A stretch of 64,000 nt of DNA, from the NCBI RefSeq assembly GCF_001194135.2, contig NC_068988.1:46693336-46757335 (forward strand), written 5' to 3'. The stretch is from Octopus bimaculoides (lineage: Eukaryota). The first letter of the stretch is position 1. Each line of letters begins with the position of its first letter. The position numbers and the translations under genes were made by a program. The notes under the pieces are model-generated. The model worked only from the letters and a program-made list of their open reading frames with translations, searched no databases and was not told the DNA's origin. Positions 51,551 to 64,000 of this stretch are shown piece by piece.

Positions 51551-51975
51551 CTACTCTAAGCATCCTCCCTCAGTTTCCACTACAGCTTCCAGACGGCTAC
51601 GGAGCCTGGCGCAGATCATTTAACATCTCTTTGATCTGAGCCAATAGTACGTTCTTTGTTTCGCGGGCAGAGCGGCTTGTGTCTTTCGCAATCGCGCTTC
51701 ACGCATAGTAATCTGTGAAATTAGGAAGGAATTACAAAGACAAAAATTGGGGCTGGTAAAATTGTAGAAATTCTCCGACAAACATTTCTGATTCTTTCCA
51801 GAGGTATGGCGAGAAACCGAGTCCTAATGCCAGTAGCAACTATCTCCTGCCAAGGAGTGACCACATCTCAAATGGCCTCACATAGCCGTCTGAGTTGAGT
51901 CTTAGACCCTGTTCAAAGACACTGGATAAACGTTAGCTTGTGGACGCTGTCAGAACGCTTTACTTGTCACATCTT
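51551..51975 (-). mobile_element. Second copy of the deleted Tc1/mariner element (3' half)
   Basis: Minus strand AAGCGTTCTGACAGCGTCCACAAGC...TTTGAACAGGGTCTAAGACTCAACTCAGACGGCTATGTG...GGAGAATTTCTACAATTTTACCAGCCCCAATTT is colinear with ~28578-29010. Confidence 0.88.
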
Positions 51976-52029
51976 CAACGCCACTGACTGTTCACTAATG
52001 CATGAAGTTGCTCTTCAAAAACGGAAGAC

Positions 52030-52700
52030 ATAAACTTGTAAACTTTAGCCCAAACATCCTGTTTCATGAGTGTATGTTTAACAGAGGATGCAAATATAAC
52101 TGTTCCTCCATCAGCATATAACAGGCCTCTGCTGCAATCTGAATTTCGACTATTTTCTCTCCGAAATGAAGAAGTATTCGTAAGTACACAATGGTTTTGG
52201 AACGCGATGTTAGATTTCGTAAATATGCAGCAGAAAGCATACGACACCAATATGATGTAAATACGCAACCCTCTGAAACCAGTTTAGAAAGCTGCATGCT
52301 CACATCATATAACCTGTTTAGACATTTTGTATGTCGTCGGTGGCTTATTCTTTTTCCGAAGATGGTTACCTTGTGTTGTAAAACATGATTTCACAGCTGT
52401 TATACTCGGTAAGTTCATCACACAACATATTATGACATTCAACATCTAGTAGATATGACGACTTTCACACGGAAATATCTCGAGGCTGTTGGGTGTGCCT
52501 GGCACGAACAACAACAAAGGAGAAAGAGAACGAAAAACCAAAGGATAAAAGAGTAATACCTGCTATAAAGACTCTGGAAATATTCTCTTCGTAAACGCAG
52601 CACATACACAACGGCGACGAACTTCTCTGATCAGACCAAATTACACGGACATAAAAACCACGTTGCTAAAAGTATGAAAGCCCCACATGGAAAAAGAAAA
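52030..52700 (-). mobile_element. Old RTE-clade LINE reverse-transcriptase fragment
   Basis: Minus translations LVSEGCVFT (GV.QGCV.AP motif) and RGLLYADG (LLYADD motif); upstream LYVAFTK resembles LY.AF.DL.KAFD. Confidence 0.6.
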
Positions 52701-53349
52701 AGAATTACTGCAGCCTTGTTTTCAGTACACAACGCCCAACAACATACAAAATTGTTAAATTATGGGCACTATACATTTATTCAATAGAGCATTGCAGACT
52801 TACAGTTGCTTCTGATAAGCATTTTGGGTCTGGTCATGGTTCCGTTTATTCAATCGATCAATTGATCGATCGAAATTAATGAGCGACCATTAGAAATGCT
52901 ACTATCTTCAGAGTTAGCACATCAAGTTGCAAAGTAAATAAAAACAAAATATAGATAGGAAAAGCTAGGAGACAGGTAAAAAGACAGTAAAAGAGAAAAG
53001 GCAGGAAAGGAAGAGAGAAGAAACCCGGAAATAAAGGAAGAAGAGGGGAAGGAAGCTGGTCACTGTTGTACCTATATATGGAAATAGGCCTCACTTTTCT
53101 GGCAATCAACCGCAGTATGTTGGTGTCTTTCCCCATGATCGAATAGTGTCGACACAGAGTGTTGAAATTTGATGCCAACCAGCTTCTCTTATGGTCATCT
53201 TTTGGTGAAATGTAATATCTAGGACATCGTGTGATAGTTTACTACTATTTTATGGAAGTTCTAGCATGGCATTTATTAGGATGTGTGTATTTAATGTCGC
53301 TTATGCTTCTTAGTATTTTTTAATTTGTAGTGTAGTGGTACTTATATCA

Positions 53350-53870
53350 ACGTTTTAAAAATTTTAAATAATAAAAGAGGAACCAAAATACAATATAGTA
53401 AAATAAAATTATAAAAAATAATACAAGAATAGAGATAATAGAAAATAAAATATCAAAAACACAAACTAAAAACGACAAACACAAAAATAAACCGTAATAA
53501 GATAAATAACACGAAGTAAAATAAAAAGAATAAAATAAAATTATGTAAAATATACAGGATAAGATACAGTAGAGTAGGAGGCACAAGATGAGACTTTGAA
53601 GTAAAAGTATAATGAGGTAAAGAGCGTAATTCCACGCAATGCAAAGTAACAGAAGTATAATAATGTGATTGATATGGGCAAATACGCAATAATAAAGAAA
53701 TAGAAAAATTAGCAAATTATAAAAGATACTAAAAAGTAATAAGAATAACAACAAAGAGTCATAATAACATAACAAAAACGATAGCAACAAAAAAAATAGA
53801 AATGTAAAATATAATAAAGATATAATATAAACGGAATCCACCTTCACACTCTCCAAAACAAAAAAAAAAA
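53350..53870. repeat. A-rich low-complexity tract (degenerate AATAA/AAAAT)
   Basis: Direct reading. Confidence 0.8.
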
Positions 53871-54509
53871 AGACATACTGATTGACGTGTATGTAGGTCT
53901 TCTGATAACTAAGTAACTAAGCAAACCAAGGAAACTGAAAATATTAGCTTTACTACTTAAATTAAGTCAGTATCATCCCTAATTTCACAGACCATTATTT
54001 ATGAGTTTTTATCTTATCCAATACCGCAGCTGATTGATTCTCATTTATCTAGGGAATAGTGTAAATATTTTATTGTAAATATGTTTACATCGTATAGCTA
54101 ATTCTTCTCTTTTATTTATGATGTCATACTCTGACGTAAGTATTAAGAATGACTCTTCTAAGTAAAGCGTCCTTTCATTTGTCCTACGTCGTAAGGGAGT
54201 GCCCTGCTCAATATCGAGTACTCTAAGTCGTACGTGTCTCCAAAGTGCCAAATTAGCTAAATAAGGGATATCAAGCTTTTCTTGTTTCTATATCAAAGTG
54301 ATGAGACGTTGTTATAAAATCATGGGTTGAAAGCTGTTGTGCAACATGCTATGCAATTTTACACATTAATAATAACAACCGAGCACTTAGACACTATGTT
54401 TGTCTCGAGGCATTGTTTATTTAACTGGCAATTATTAGGTTCTCTACAGTTACAATTATTATTTATGGCCTTATTATCACTACTTGCATTGTTAAAATTA
54501 TTATTATTA

Positions 54510-55150
54510 CACTGGGGAAAACATATTCTATTGAATGATATCTGATACTTGATACTAAGTAATTTGAGTGCACTGAATACGAATTTTAACTGGGTTTGAC
54601 TCTATCAGATACTGATTCTTGTCAACAGCCTATGTGCCGTTTTCCAGATTTTTCAAATTAGGGCTAAAAAATTAACTCATGTGTTCAAATTCATTTTGAA
54701 GTTTCATGAATACAAGCAGTTCAGATTACTATAAAATTACATTATAACAATGGAAAAGGCTTAAAATAACAAAATAAATAAATAAATAAAATATGAATCT
54801 TTCACCCCGGCAAAAACTTTCTTTTATAAAACTTTCTAGCATATTTGCTTCTTGATGGCAGAACTCTTTTCAAGTATCAACAATAGTCAGCCATCATGTG
54901 AGAATCCCAACATCCTTGGTACTGTTCCTCTACAATTCTGATATCTTGCTGGAATCTCTCCCCTTGTTTGTTACTTACATCACCTAAATTATTTGGAAAT
55001 TGGTTATGACTGTTATTCAAAAACGGTGGTTTTACGCTCATATTGCAACCTGACTCTTTGTAGTCCCTAAAAAGTTGTTTTTACGATTTCTTGGTAGCTA
55101 TCTGCCCTATAATCGCCTAAAAGTTTTCTGTCAAGTCCACGAATGAGAAA
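54510..55150 (-). mobile_element. CMC/Chapaev3-type transposon 3' end: transposase C-terminus and terminal CACTG
   Basis: GCNMSVK...FPNNLGDVSNKQGERFQQDIRIVEEQYQGCWDSHMMADYC*YLKR...KRKFLP matches GCNMS.K.H.L.SHL..FPENLG..S.EQGERFHQD...ME.RYQG.W...M.ADYCW; terminus TTA|CACTGGGGAAAAC at 54510. Confidence 0.82.
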
Positions 55151-55234
55151 TTTGCGTTTTTTTCCCAGCGTTTATTCTTTCTTTTCGATCATGGAATGAG
55201 ACAGGCATAAGTGGTCCATTAGTAAGCAACTTCG

Positions 55235-55500
55235 CTTTTCCTTACCTATAATTGTCATGTCTGGTTTATCATTTTCTAACTTCTGGTCCTTTTGAATAGC
55301 TAAGTCCCACAACATCTTACATTTTTCCGACTCCAGTACTCTCTCGCTTCGATGATTGTGCTACGTAAAACTTTTACAACCTAGTCGTACCTCCATTTCT
55401 TGTACTCTTCTTGTGCCAACTTGGGGCATTCTTCCATAATATGCGCCACTATCTCGTTCCAAGTTCTACTGGCGCTATATTTTTCAGACACATTCTCTCC
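55235..55500 (-). mobile_element. R4/Dong-type retrotransposon fragment (Cys/His motif and RLE PD motif)
   Basis: EIVAHIMEECPKLAQEEYKKWRYD and ERVLESEKCKMLWDLAIQKDQKLENDKPDMTIIGK match ETV.HI.SEC..LAQ.EYK..RHD and E.VLE....K.LWD..IQTD....H.RPD. Confidence 0.8.
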
Positions 55501-55587
55501 ATATATATTTTTTCTCAAGTTGTTTGTTTTTATCGCTAGATCTTGGGCTGCAACAATTAAGCTCTCTGTTTCCTTTTTTTATTGTGC

Positions 55588-55589
<2 letters not shown>

Positions 55590-55652
<63 letters not shown>
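55590..55652. repeat. (ATT)n microsatellite
   Basis: Direct reading. Confidence 0.95.
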
Positions 55653-55653
<1 letters not shown>

Positions 55654-56164
55654 TCCGTAGTTGTTCCCTGTTCTCCCTTTCTGTATTCTTCCCTCCTCTT
55701 TCCATATAATTTTTTAAAAATTTACTTTGCCACATATCCTGACTCCGAAGACAATAGCATTTTTAACAGTCGTTCACTATTTTCAATCATTCAATCGAAC
55801 GAATAGTTCAACGAAACTATGAATTTGCCCAAAATCCATAACAGAAACAGCTGTAAGTTTACAATGCACAAATAAATGAATAAATCCCAATATTTATGCG
55901 TTCTTTTGTACACATCCAAAGTTGACTGGTGATGGACACCGATCAAAGAATCATTTATTAGCCTGGTTCATTTGCATTAGTAGATAGCTTAAGAAGTATC
56001 TTCCTGAATTGACACATACAGACATACGCACACACACGCACGCTCGCGCACACAGACACATACACAGACACACACAAACGCACACACACATATATATGAG
56101 TGTATTGTTAAATAAAGATGAATACGCGGTAGGTTATCTGATTGAGTATATATCAATATAAACG

Positions 56165-56545
56165 GATATAGAGAAATGTAAGAAGCTTGCTTCCCAACCA
56201 CATGTTTCCAGGTTCAGTCCCACTGCATGGGACCTTGGGCAAATGGCTTCTAGTGTAGCCTCGGGCCGACCACAGCCTTGTGAGTGGATTTGGTAGACGG
56301 AAACTGAAAGAAGCCTGTCGTATATATGTATATATGTATATATTTATGTGTTTATGTCTGTATTTGCTTCCACCGCCATCGCTTGACAATCGATGGTGGC
56401 GTGTTTACATCCCTGTAATCTAGTAGTTCGGCAAATAAGTACTAGGCTTACAAAGAATAAGTTCTGGGGTCCATTTATTCGAATATAACGCCTTGAGGTA
56501 GTGCTCCAGCATAGCCGCAGTCAAAACGAGTAAAAGAATAAAAGA
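56165..56545 (+). mobile_element. Family A SINE, near full length
   Basis: GTAAGAAGCTTGCTTCCCAACCACATG...GGGACCTTGGGCAAATGG...GTGAGTGGATTTGGTAGACGGAAACTGAAAGAAGCC...GTGCTCCAGCATAGCCGCAGTCAAA. Confidence 0.88.
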
Positions 56546-57369
56546 ATATGTGAAATACATATGTCTGTGTATGTCTTCCTCGAACCAAGTCATTGAAGAC
56601 AACATAACGCACGCCACGATGATCCACTGAACTATCTATTAACATCAACTAAAATACCCTTTCTAGTTGAATAAACATATTGACATTGATGAACAGGAAT
56701 AATACTAGTTTATAAACAACAGCACTTTCCTCTGTGAAATATTATATCGATGAACTGTTAACTTGTACTTTTCAGTTATATGCGTGTATATATGTTATAA
56801 ACAAGTATATATGCATATATATACACATATCTACATATGTATGTATGTACGTATGTATGTATTATGTGTACATTTTATGTAAGAAATAATAATGCTACAA
56901 ACAAAAACGTGGAACATTATTTTGGCGAATAAAAATATCTGAAGCCTTAGGATAACTTCTTTTGGCATAAGTGTTCCCTGCAAACTTTTAAGATTGATGG
57001 TATTTTGCATATATGTCAGTGTGTCTGTCTGTATGTCAGTAACATGAAGAGGGCTGATATAAAAAGACGGAATGTGGGAAAGAAATAATAACGGAGAAGG
57101 AAGAAAGGAAAGAATTTCAGGAGTGATGGGAGAATTGCGAGAATTATCATCAGTAAATCATCAAAGAGGGAAGCATTGTAGCAGTGTTTTCATTGATACA
57201 GTCTAAGTAAGGTTTGAATTTCATTATTGATAAAGCTTTTGATGTTAAGCAGACATGGACTTGGGGGGCTAATAAAATTGATTCACACCAATTCTTTCTA
57301 TATTAATATGGGTAAATATATAAAACCAACATACGCAAATATATTTGTATCTAGATACGCAATATATAA

Positions 57370-57451
57370 ATATGTATGTACGTATGTGTATATAAATATA
57401 TACATACATACACACACACACATATATATATATATATACATATATATATGC

Positions 57452-57516
<65 letters not shown>

Positions 57517-57765
57517 TATGTGTGTATGTATGTATGTATGTAAATATATGAATACACACACACACACACACACATACACACTCTCATTCACAAAATTGGG
57601 AATATGAGAATTATGAAAAATCTATGTATTCACAGTTATGCACCTGCATATATATGATACATATGTAATGCCTATATATATTATATATATATATATATAT
57701 TATTTATATATATATATATATATGTATGTATATATATATATGTGTGTGTGTTTGTGTGTGTGTCA

Positions 57766-57813
<48 letters not shown>

Positions 57814-57982
57814 GTGTGTGTGTGTATCAAGTGGTGTTGTTCATATATTTATATACATATATATACATACATACATGTGTGTGTGCATACATGTGTATTC
57901 TTGTATATACCTATTTTTGTGCATAACTATCGCCATCTTTTTCTTGCTATCAATCACTTTATGACTGTTTGTGTGTATATGT

Positions 57983-58030
<48 letters not shown>

Positions 58031-58165
58031 GTGCATTTAACCCTATAAGGTATGCTTACAAATAAATACACTTGTATGTAAGCCTGAATGTATGTTGTGT
58101 GTCGTGTGTGTGTGTGTGCGCGCGCGCGCGCACGCGCGTGTGTGTTTGTGTGTGTGTGTGTATGC
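57370..58165. repeat. Extended (TA)/(CA)/(TG)/(CG) microsatellite field
   Basis: Direct reading. Confidence 0.9.
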
Positions 58166-58852
58166 GTGGCTTGGTGTGTAAGCATACGTTTTTATCTAAA
58201 CATTCCCACAAATAAAAAAACATAAATATTTATGAATATAGATCTACTATTGTATATAATTTTGCAAAGAATCTATGGCGATACACATATCATATGAAAG
58301 AATTTTAAATAACATTTGGATTAAGCAATAAAACCAAATTCCAGGATTTAAAAGTCAATAAACGATGGCAGTTATATTGCAATATAATGGCAAAAAATCC
58401 TAGAATTCTTGAAATAAATCTAAAAACGAAAACGTGGTTAAATACTAAATAAAATAAGATAAGATGTTAGATGAAAGAAATGATACACAGATAATAATCT
58501 ATAATGAATAATACCTGGAGATTTTATGTGTTTTCAAGATTCTGTATGAAGTGTATACGTGTGCGTTTGAAGCTCTCCTTGTATGCGCTTGTATATTCGC
58601 ATGATTGTGTATATGTGCGTGTGCGTATGTGTTTGTGCAAGCATAGATAGAAATATCTTTATATTTGGAAACCTATAAAATTGCTTACATACACACACTG
58701 CTATAAATATCGTTTTATTCAAATTTGCTGCAACACACAGTGGTTTGCATAATCCAGTATTACCCACTATATATATGTGTGTGTGTGTATATGTGTGTGA
58801 TTGTATATTATACACACACACATATTATATACATACATATATGCACATAAAT

Positions 58853-58914
<62 letters not shown>

Positions 58915-59911
58915 TCATACACTCACATACATACATAGATACAGACATATATACATACATACATACATACATGCATAGATATATACATACATACACACAC
59001 ATGTATTATGCCTACATACACATACATACATTTGCAAACATGCATATGTGTGTGTTTATGTGCGCATGCGCCTATAGTTCATAACACTGGATCTTGCAAA
59101 CTGTTGGATATTGTACCAAATATGAATAAATCAGTGTTTGTTTTGTTGCTGTTGGTGGAAGCGGCATTGGTAGCACTCCTGCTTGTGCGCATGTGTGGTG
59201 TATGCGCGGCTGTGTGCTTACAATAACATCATATTACGTCTGCTTTTCATCTGGTATGCATTGGAGTGGTCATCATCATAAAAGTCAGTTCATATTTCAA
59301 GTTAATACTATTTGATATACATCAGAGACCACAACTCTCCTGCGCATTGTACTTTTATAAGTGTTGCAATATCAGAATCCGCTTCCTAATTCCAATCATT
59401 TTACTGAGTTTACTTGGTTTATTTTATAGTTGTACCACCACTAAAGGTTTTGCCCTTATACATAACGACACTAAAAGTCTACTTAACATTTTCTTTGCGG
59501 TTTGAGTCAACGTGGCCGAGCGGACGAGCAGAAATGTGAAAGATAAAAGAGAGCAAACTAGGGTGAGTGTGATAGAAGAGGCAGATAATATAATGTGAGT
59601 AACAATACAATAGTGATGACAAAGTTATAGAAGAAGGAACAGTAAGAATGATAGTTATATGTTAGTTGTTGATAAGGAGATCGAGTTAAAAACGATAGGA
59701 GTATCATGGTGGGAAGAAAGAGACATGTGACATAAGATTGAGACAGCGTAATGGAAGTAGGGGTATCAATGTGATGAGAGAGAGAAACAGGACAGTATCA
59801 CGTGTGCAACAAGAAGTCTTACAGGAGGGGTAATGTGAGATATGACAAGTATTGGATAACCATAAAGATGGGTGGAGATAATGAAGAGTGATCGGTATCA
59901 ATTAGGTTGAG

Positions 59912-60556
59912 CTGTGGTTCTCAACCGGGCTCATATGCCCCTTGGGGGTCCATATAAAATTTTGTTGTTAAAGTTTATGAGTAATAAATTGGTTATACTT
60001 CGACAATGTGGAGGCGCAATGGCCCAGTGGTTAGGGCAGCGGACTCGCGGTCATAGGATCGCGGTTTCGATTCCCAGACCGGGCGTTGTGAGTGTTTATT
60101 GAGCGAAAACACCTAAAGCTCCACGAGGCTCCGGCAGGGGATGGTGGTGAACCCTGCTGTACTCTTTCACCACAAATTTCTCTCGCTCTTACTTCCTGTT
60201 TCTCTTGCGTCTGTAATTCAAAGGGTCAGCCTTGTCACACTGTGTCACGCTGAATATCCCCGAGAACTACGTTAAGGGTACACGTGTCTGTGGAGTGCTC
60301 AGCCACTTGCACGTTAATTTCATGAGCAGGCTGTTCCGTTGATCGGATCAACTGGAACCCTCGACGTCGTAAGCGACGGAGTGCCAACAATAACTTCGAC
60401 AATACTCAAAATATTTTGACAATTTTTTAATACAATTCTTCGTAATATTTTATTATAGAAATATTTGGTTCTTTAAGCATAGACTGGCTAGAGGTCCATC
60501 CGGGTAAAATTGGAATCAAAGTGGTCCATAAGTCAAAAAATAGTTGAGAAACACTG
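59912..60556. mobile_element. hAT (Charlie-like) MITE interrupted by a SINE
   Basis: Termini CTGTGGTTCTCAAC ... GTTGAGAAACACTG (the CAGTGGTTCTCAAC type); flanking 8-mers AGGTTGAG / ATATAGAG match at 5/8. Confidence 0.68.
60008..60392 (+). mobile_element. tRNA-derived SINE, family B, full length with 11-bp TSD
   Basis: A-box TGGCCCAGTGG and B-box GGTTTCGATTCCC; TSD ACTTCGACAAT at 59997-60007 and 60393-60403. Confidence 0.93.
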
Positions 60557-61326
60557 ATATAGAGATTGAATGGCTAACAATAAAGAATGTGATTACAAAT
60601 TGATTAAATACGGAAATATTTTATTTTATTTTATTTATTTCATTATTTCATTCTAAATTTATTGGCAGGAGAAGAGCATAATGTACTTAAGCCATGTAAA
60701 AAAGAAACAAAAAACAAAAACAGTTATTGTTATATACAATTTTATACATAGTCGCCACAGTTGTCCAGAGCTTCTTTGAACATGGAAGTGGTGAGCAGTT
60801 GAATGACATCCTTCTTTACACAGGATGTGTGTTGCATGAAAGATGGAATGAAACAAATCCAATATCGTTCCTCGTCACACAAGCAGCATCATGTGAAGGT
60901 AGTAAAATATGAGCTAGTCAAAAAGAGAAGTCTGTAGATGAAGAAATAAGAAAATATTTGGCAAGGTACTCAAATATCGGTATTATACATCCTGGCCTAC
61001 TGGGGTTTTCAATATATACCAACGAGATAAAGAATTACCAAGCTATCTGAGTACAAGGTACATGAGAAGATATTGACCAAAATGGAAATGGGGTGACATG
61101 GTGAAAATTTTATCTTAGATAAATGAAGTGCACAAAGAATTAGACAAAGTGCAACCTTAAATGATGTGATGCAATTCTGGAGAAAAAAAAACCCTGTCAA
61201 ATCTGTTCAGGCGTGGAAAAGCGTACATAAAAAACATTTGATGATAATCATGAAAAACTATTATGATGTCGATGACGATTATGATAATGATAATGATATC
61301 AGCTATGACAGCAAGGATGGTGATGC

Positions 61327-61372
<46 letters not shown>

Positions 61373-63099
61373 TTTATCCTTTATTATTATTTTATTTGTC
61401 TCTGTATTTTCTTCTGTAAACGTGGTGTTAGGAAAGATACAAATGACAGGACAACAAAAACAAGCAAGTTCTTTGTATGAATAAGATCTACATCTCTTGG
61501 CAAGCTCCCTGGTTTATTTGCCAAATATGCTAGCAGCTCTCCATTATTTCGTAGTACATTTACAAAACCTTATGAATCTATGCCATGTGTTTAAAAATAA
61601 TTTTTACATCATCGAACAGTTACATTCATTTCATTTACAAACCATTCATTCACTATTCAGTTAACTAATAAATTGTTCTCAAGTTGAATTTCATATTTTT
61701 GCCTTCAGCTCCCACAGATAAATTTCCTTTAGGCTGTGTTGTTGCACATGGAAAACTAATAAACTAATTTTAAAATGTCCCTCATGCTGTTGTAACTGAA
61801 TCTCTATTTCTGAATCTTTCTTTCTTTCATTCTTTCTTCCTTTCTATCTTCCTTCCTTTCTTTCTTTCTTTCTTCCTCTCTCTCCCTCTCTTTCTCTCTC
61901 TCTTTCTTTCTTAACCAATATGAGTTTGTTGAAGACTCCTCTAATTCAAAATACATTCCTATCATATTAAAACCAGATCTACTGCTGTGAAGAATTCTAT
62001 AGTCTTACTGTCTATGCATTAGCTTTATTGTACTGTAAAATCTAATCAAGAAGACAGTGGAAGAGCGGAGATTGAGCCGAATGGGTTACTGTATCTGCTT
62101 TCTTTTTCATTGTTCTGATTTCTATTCCTACATAGGTTGACTGTATTTGCGATAGGTTTGACATACCAGTAAAGATATTTAGATATATAAACGGTAGCCC
62201 GTGTTGTTAATCATTAACCTTTCTCTGTGATGTGCTGTGTTAGCAGTTAATGAATATGAGGTAAGTTAAAAATATTAAAATTCTAATAAAATGCTATGTC
62301 TTTGTTGATTAAAAGCTGTATCCACTGATGGATGTATTTGTTACCTTTTATTATTCAATAGTCTTATTCCAATTGCATGTTTGACAGCATAGCCAAATAC
62401 ATTCTGTTTGTCTTGGGTGTGTATAGTGGTTAGTTATGGTCTGAAGTGATAGAAAAGGGGTAAGAACATGAGTCAGAAGCTGTCATAGAGAACGACAATT
62501 ACCAATTTTAATAGAATTCTTCATTATTTTTCCATAAACACTCGGTATACAATAGCAGTCTAGATATTACCATGGAGAACAGAAAGAAGAAACACAGGAA
62601 CTCATTCGCTTTTGAATCCTTTATTATCATAGAATAGATACAACAAGAATTGAGAATATTATGAATAATTAGCATTTAATCAGAGATAAAAAGATCGTAG
62701 AGCATAGGGATCTAATTGCTCCTCCGGTAGCTAATGCACGTCTATTGACATGTGTGTATTGTTTAGTAGCGCAATTTTTTGTATGGTCATATGTCTGTGT
62801 AACTCCTGGTATTTTGGTTGTCAGTGTTTATTTAATCTTTCCAATTGCACCAAGTACTGACAGAGTCCGTAGTGTGATGAAGTAGCATTTAATTACTGCT
62901 CTTTGCACTCTCAGTTAAAATCCTAATATCTTCGAGGTCAATACTATCTTGCCTATTTCTATGTTAACAAAATAAGTGCCAAGTAAAATGACTATATACA
63001 TTCACCAACATCCTTGTACCTATATAAGAAATCGATATTATAGTAATTATTTTATAGGAATGACACAATAAAAATTTCAAAGAACCAGCTGATCATATT

Positions 63100-63475
63100 T
63101 GACAGGTAGTCCAGGTCAAATCACGTGAAATTAAACCGTGTCTTTCATTCCCCAGTGGTTAATAAATTAAAGTACCAGTCAAGTATTAAACTTCATTTAA
63201 TCGATCTAACCCTTGTTTAACATTTCAGGTCAGATGCCTATATCAGAAACAACTGTAAGTGTGCTGGACTGGCCAGATCATTAGCTGATTGAATAGGTTT
63301 TGCGGGATTTACTCCCGGGCTTTACATTCTGTGTTCAAATCCTGCTAACTTCAACTTTGCCCTTTCGATTTTCAAGGTCAGTAACATAAGATACACGTCC
63401 AGTACAAGTGTTGATGTCATCGACAAGCTCTTCTTCGTATTATTGCCAGCATTGTGTGCAAATCAGAAATCATTG
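63100..63475 (+). mobile_element. Two degenerate family C SINE remnants
   Basis: TTTCATTCCCCAGTGGTTAATAAATTAAAGTACCAGTC and TTTACATTCTGTGTTCAAATCCTGC..CTTCAACTTTGCCCTTTCG. Confidence 0.55.
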
Positions 63476-64000
63476 TTGGTGCTGTCCTATTTGTGGGTTT
63501 TATCGATATTTAAAATAATCTGGGACACATGAGCATTTTTTGGTTCTTGGTTTCATTATTTTACATATGTTTTGTTTCTTCAAACCAAATTCACACCTTG
63601 TCGGCTGCAACAAACGAAGTAGTACATGATTCTATCTCGCAAAAGCCAATGTGAATCTTGATTAACTACCCATGACGCAGGCAAAATCGATTTACAATCG
63701 CTTATGTCATCGTTAACTCAATTCTGAGGTAAAAACCCATGTGACAATATTTAATATAGGATTTACTACTCTCAAACACTAAATACTGTCATAATATCTG
63801 GCTAGATATTATGAGAAGACAATAAGCAGCAACCATAAACACGCAAATATGTACATAATTTGTATACATATTTACGTGTATATGTATGAGTGTAAATATG
63901 AACAAATATAGAAGTTTATATATGTGAATATGCATACGTGTATGCATATAAGCATATAAACACACACACATACATATATACATACATACATACATACATA

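Noticed and set aside
52856-52871. 16-bp perfect palindrome TCGATCAATTGATCGA
   Set aside because: Derived from GATC-type short repeats; too short to be meaningful in 64 kb of repetitive DNA
55814-55860. AAACT-ATGA...GAAACAGCTGTA-AGTTT with a stem I and stem III like 24511-24601
   Set aside because: CUG of the core is missing and there is no stem II; at most a decayed relic
60008-60080. tRNA-like sequence (also at 25665-25736, 20180-20248, 2570-2630)
   Set aside because: SINE heads: no complete cloverleaf or acceptor stem, and they continue into a shared SINE body
60780-61200. Possible hAT dimerisation-domain or other coding remnant
   Set aside because: No convincing motif in any frame

Overview
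AT-rich eukaryotic (animal) genomic DNA from a gapped draft assembly. It has many N-runs, several flanked by unmerged duplicated ends. The microsatellite load and the recurring tRNA-derived SINE families look like a coleoid cephalopod, most likely Octopus; this is my inference from recalled repeat sequences, not a search result. I recognise no intact protein-coding gene, rRNA, genuine tRNA gene or CRISPR array. Nearly all listed ORFs are microsatellite artefacts or transposon relics. The window is intronic or intergenic and full of decayed mobile elements: a Ty3/Gypsy pol, a Tigger/pogo transposase, two copies of one internally deleted Tc1/mariner, two Chapaev3-type transposase pieces, RTE, CR1/L2-group, R4/Dong-type and Penelope-like retroelements, two Helitron-like elements, piggyBac- and hAT-type MITEs, and more than 20 SINE copies from about four families. 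The most interesting signals are structured-RNA-like. There are three hammerhead-ribozyme-like motifs of the minimal, palindromic-stem-III type known from Penelope elements: one with an unusually long stem II, one at the tip of a ~45-bp hairpin, and one duplicated in a ~155-bp inverted repeat. There is also a diverged tandem pair of long hairpins with apparently compensatory substitutions. All family assignments come from motif recognition by eye, and element boundaries are approximate unless TIRs or TSDs are quoted.
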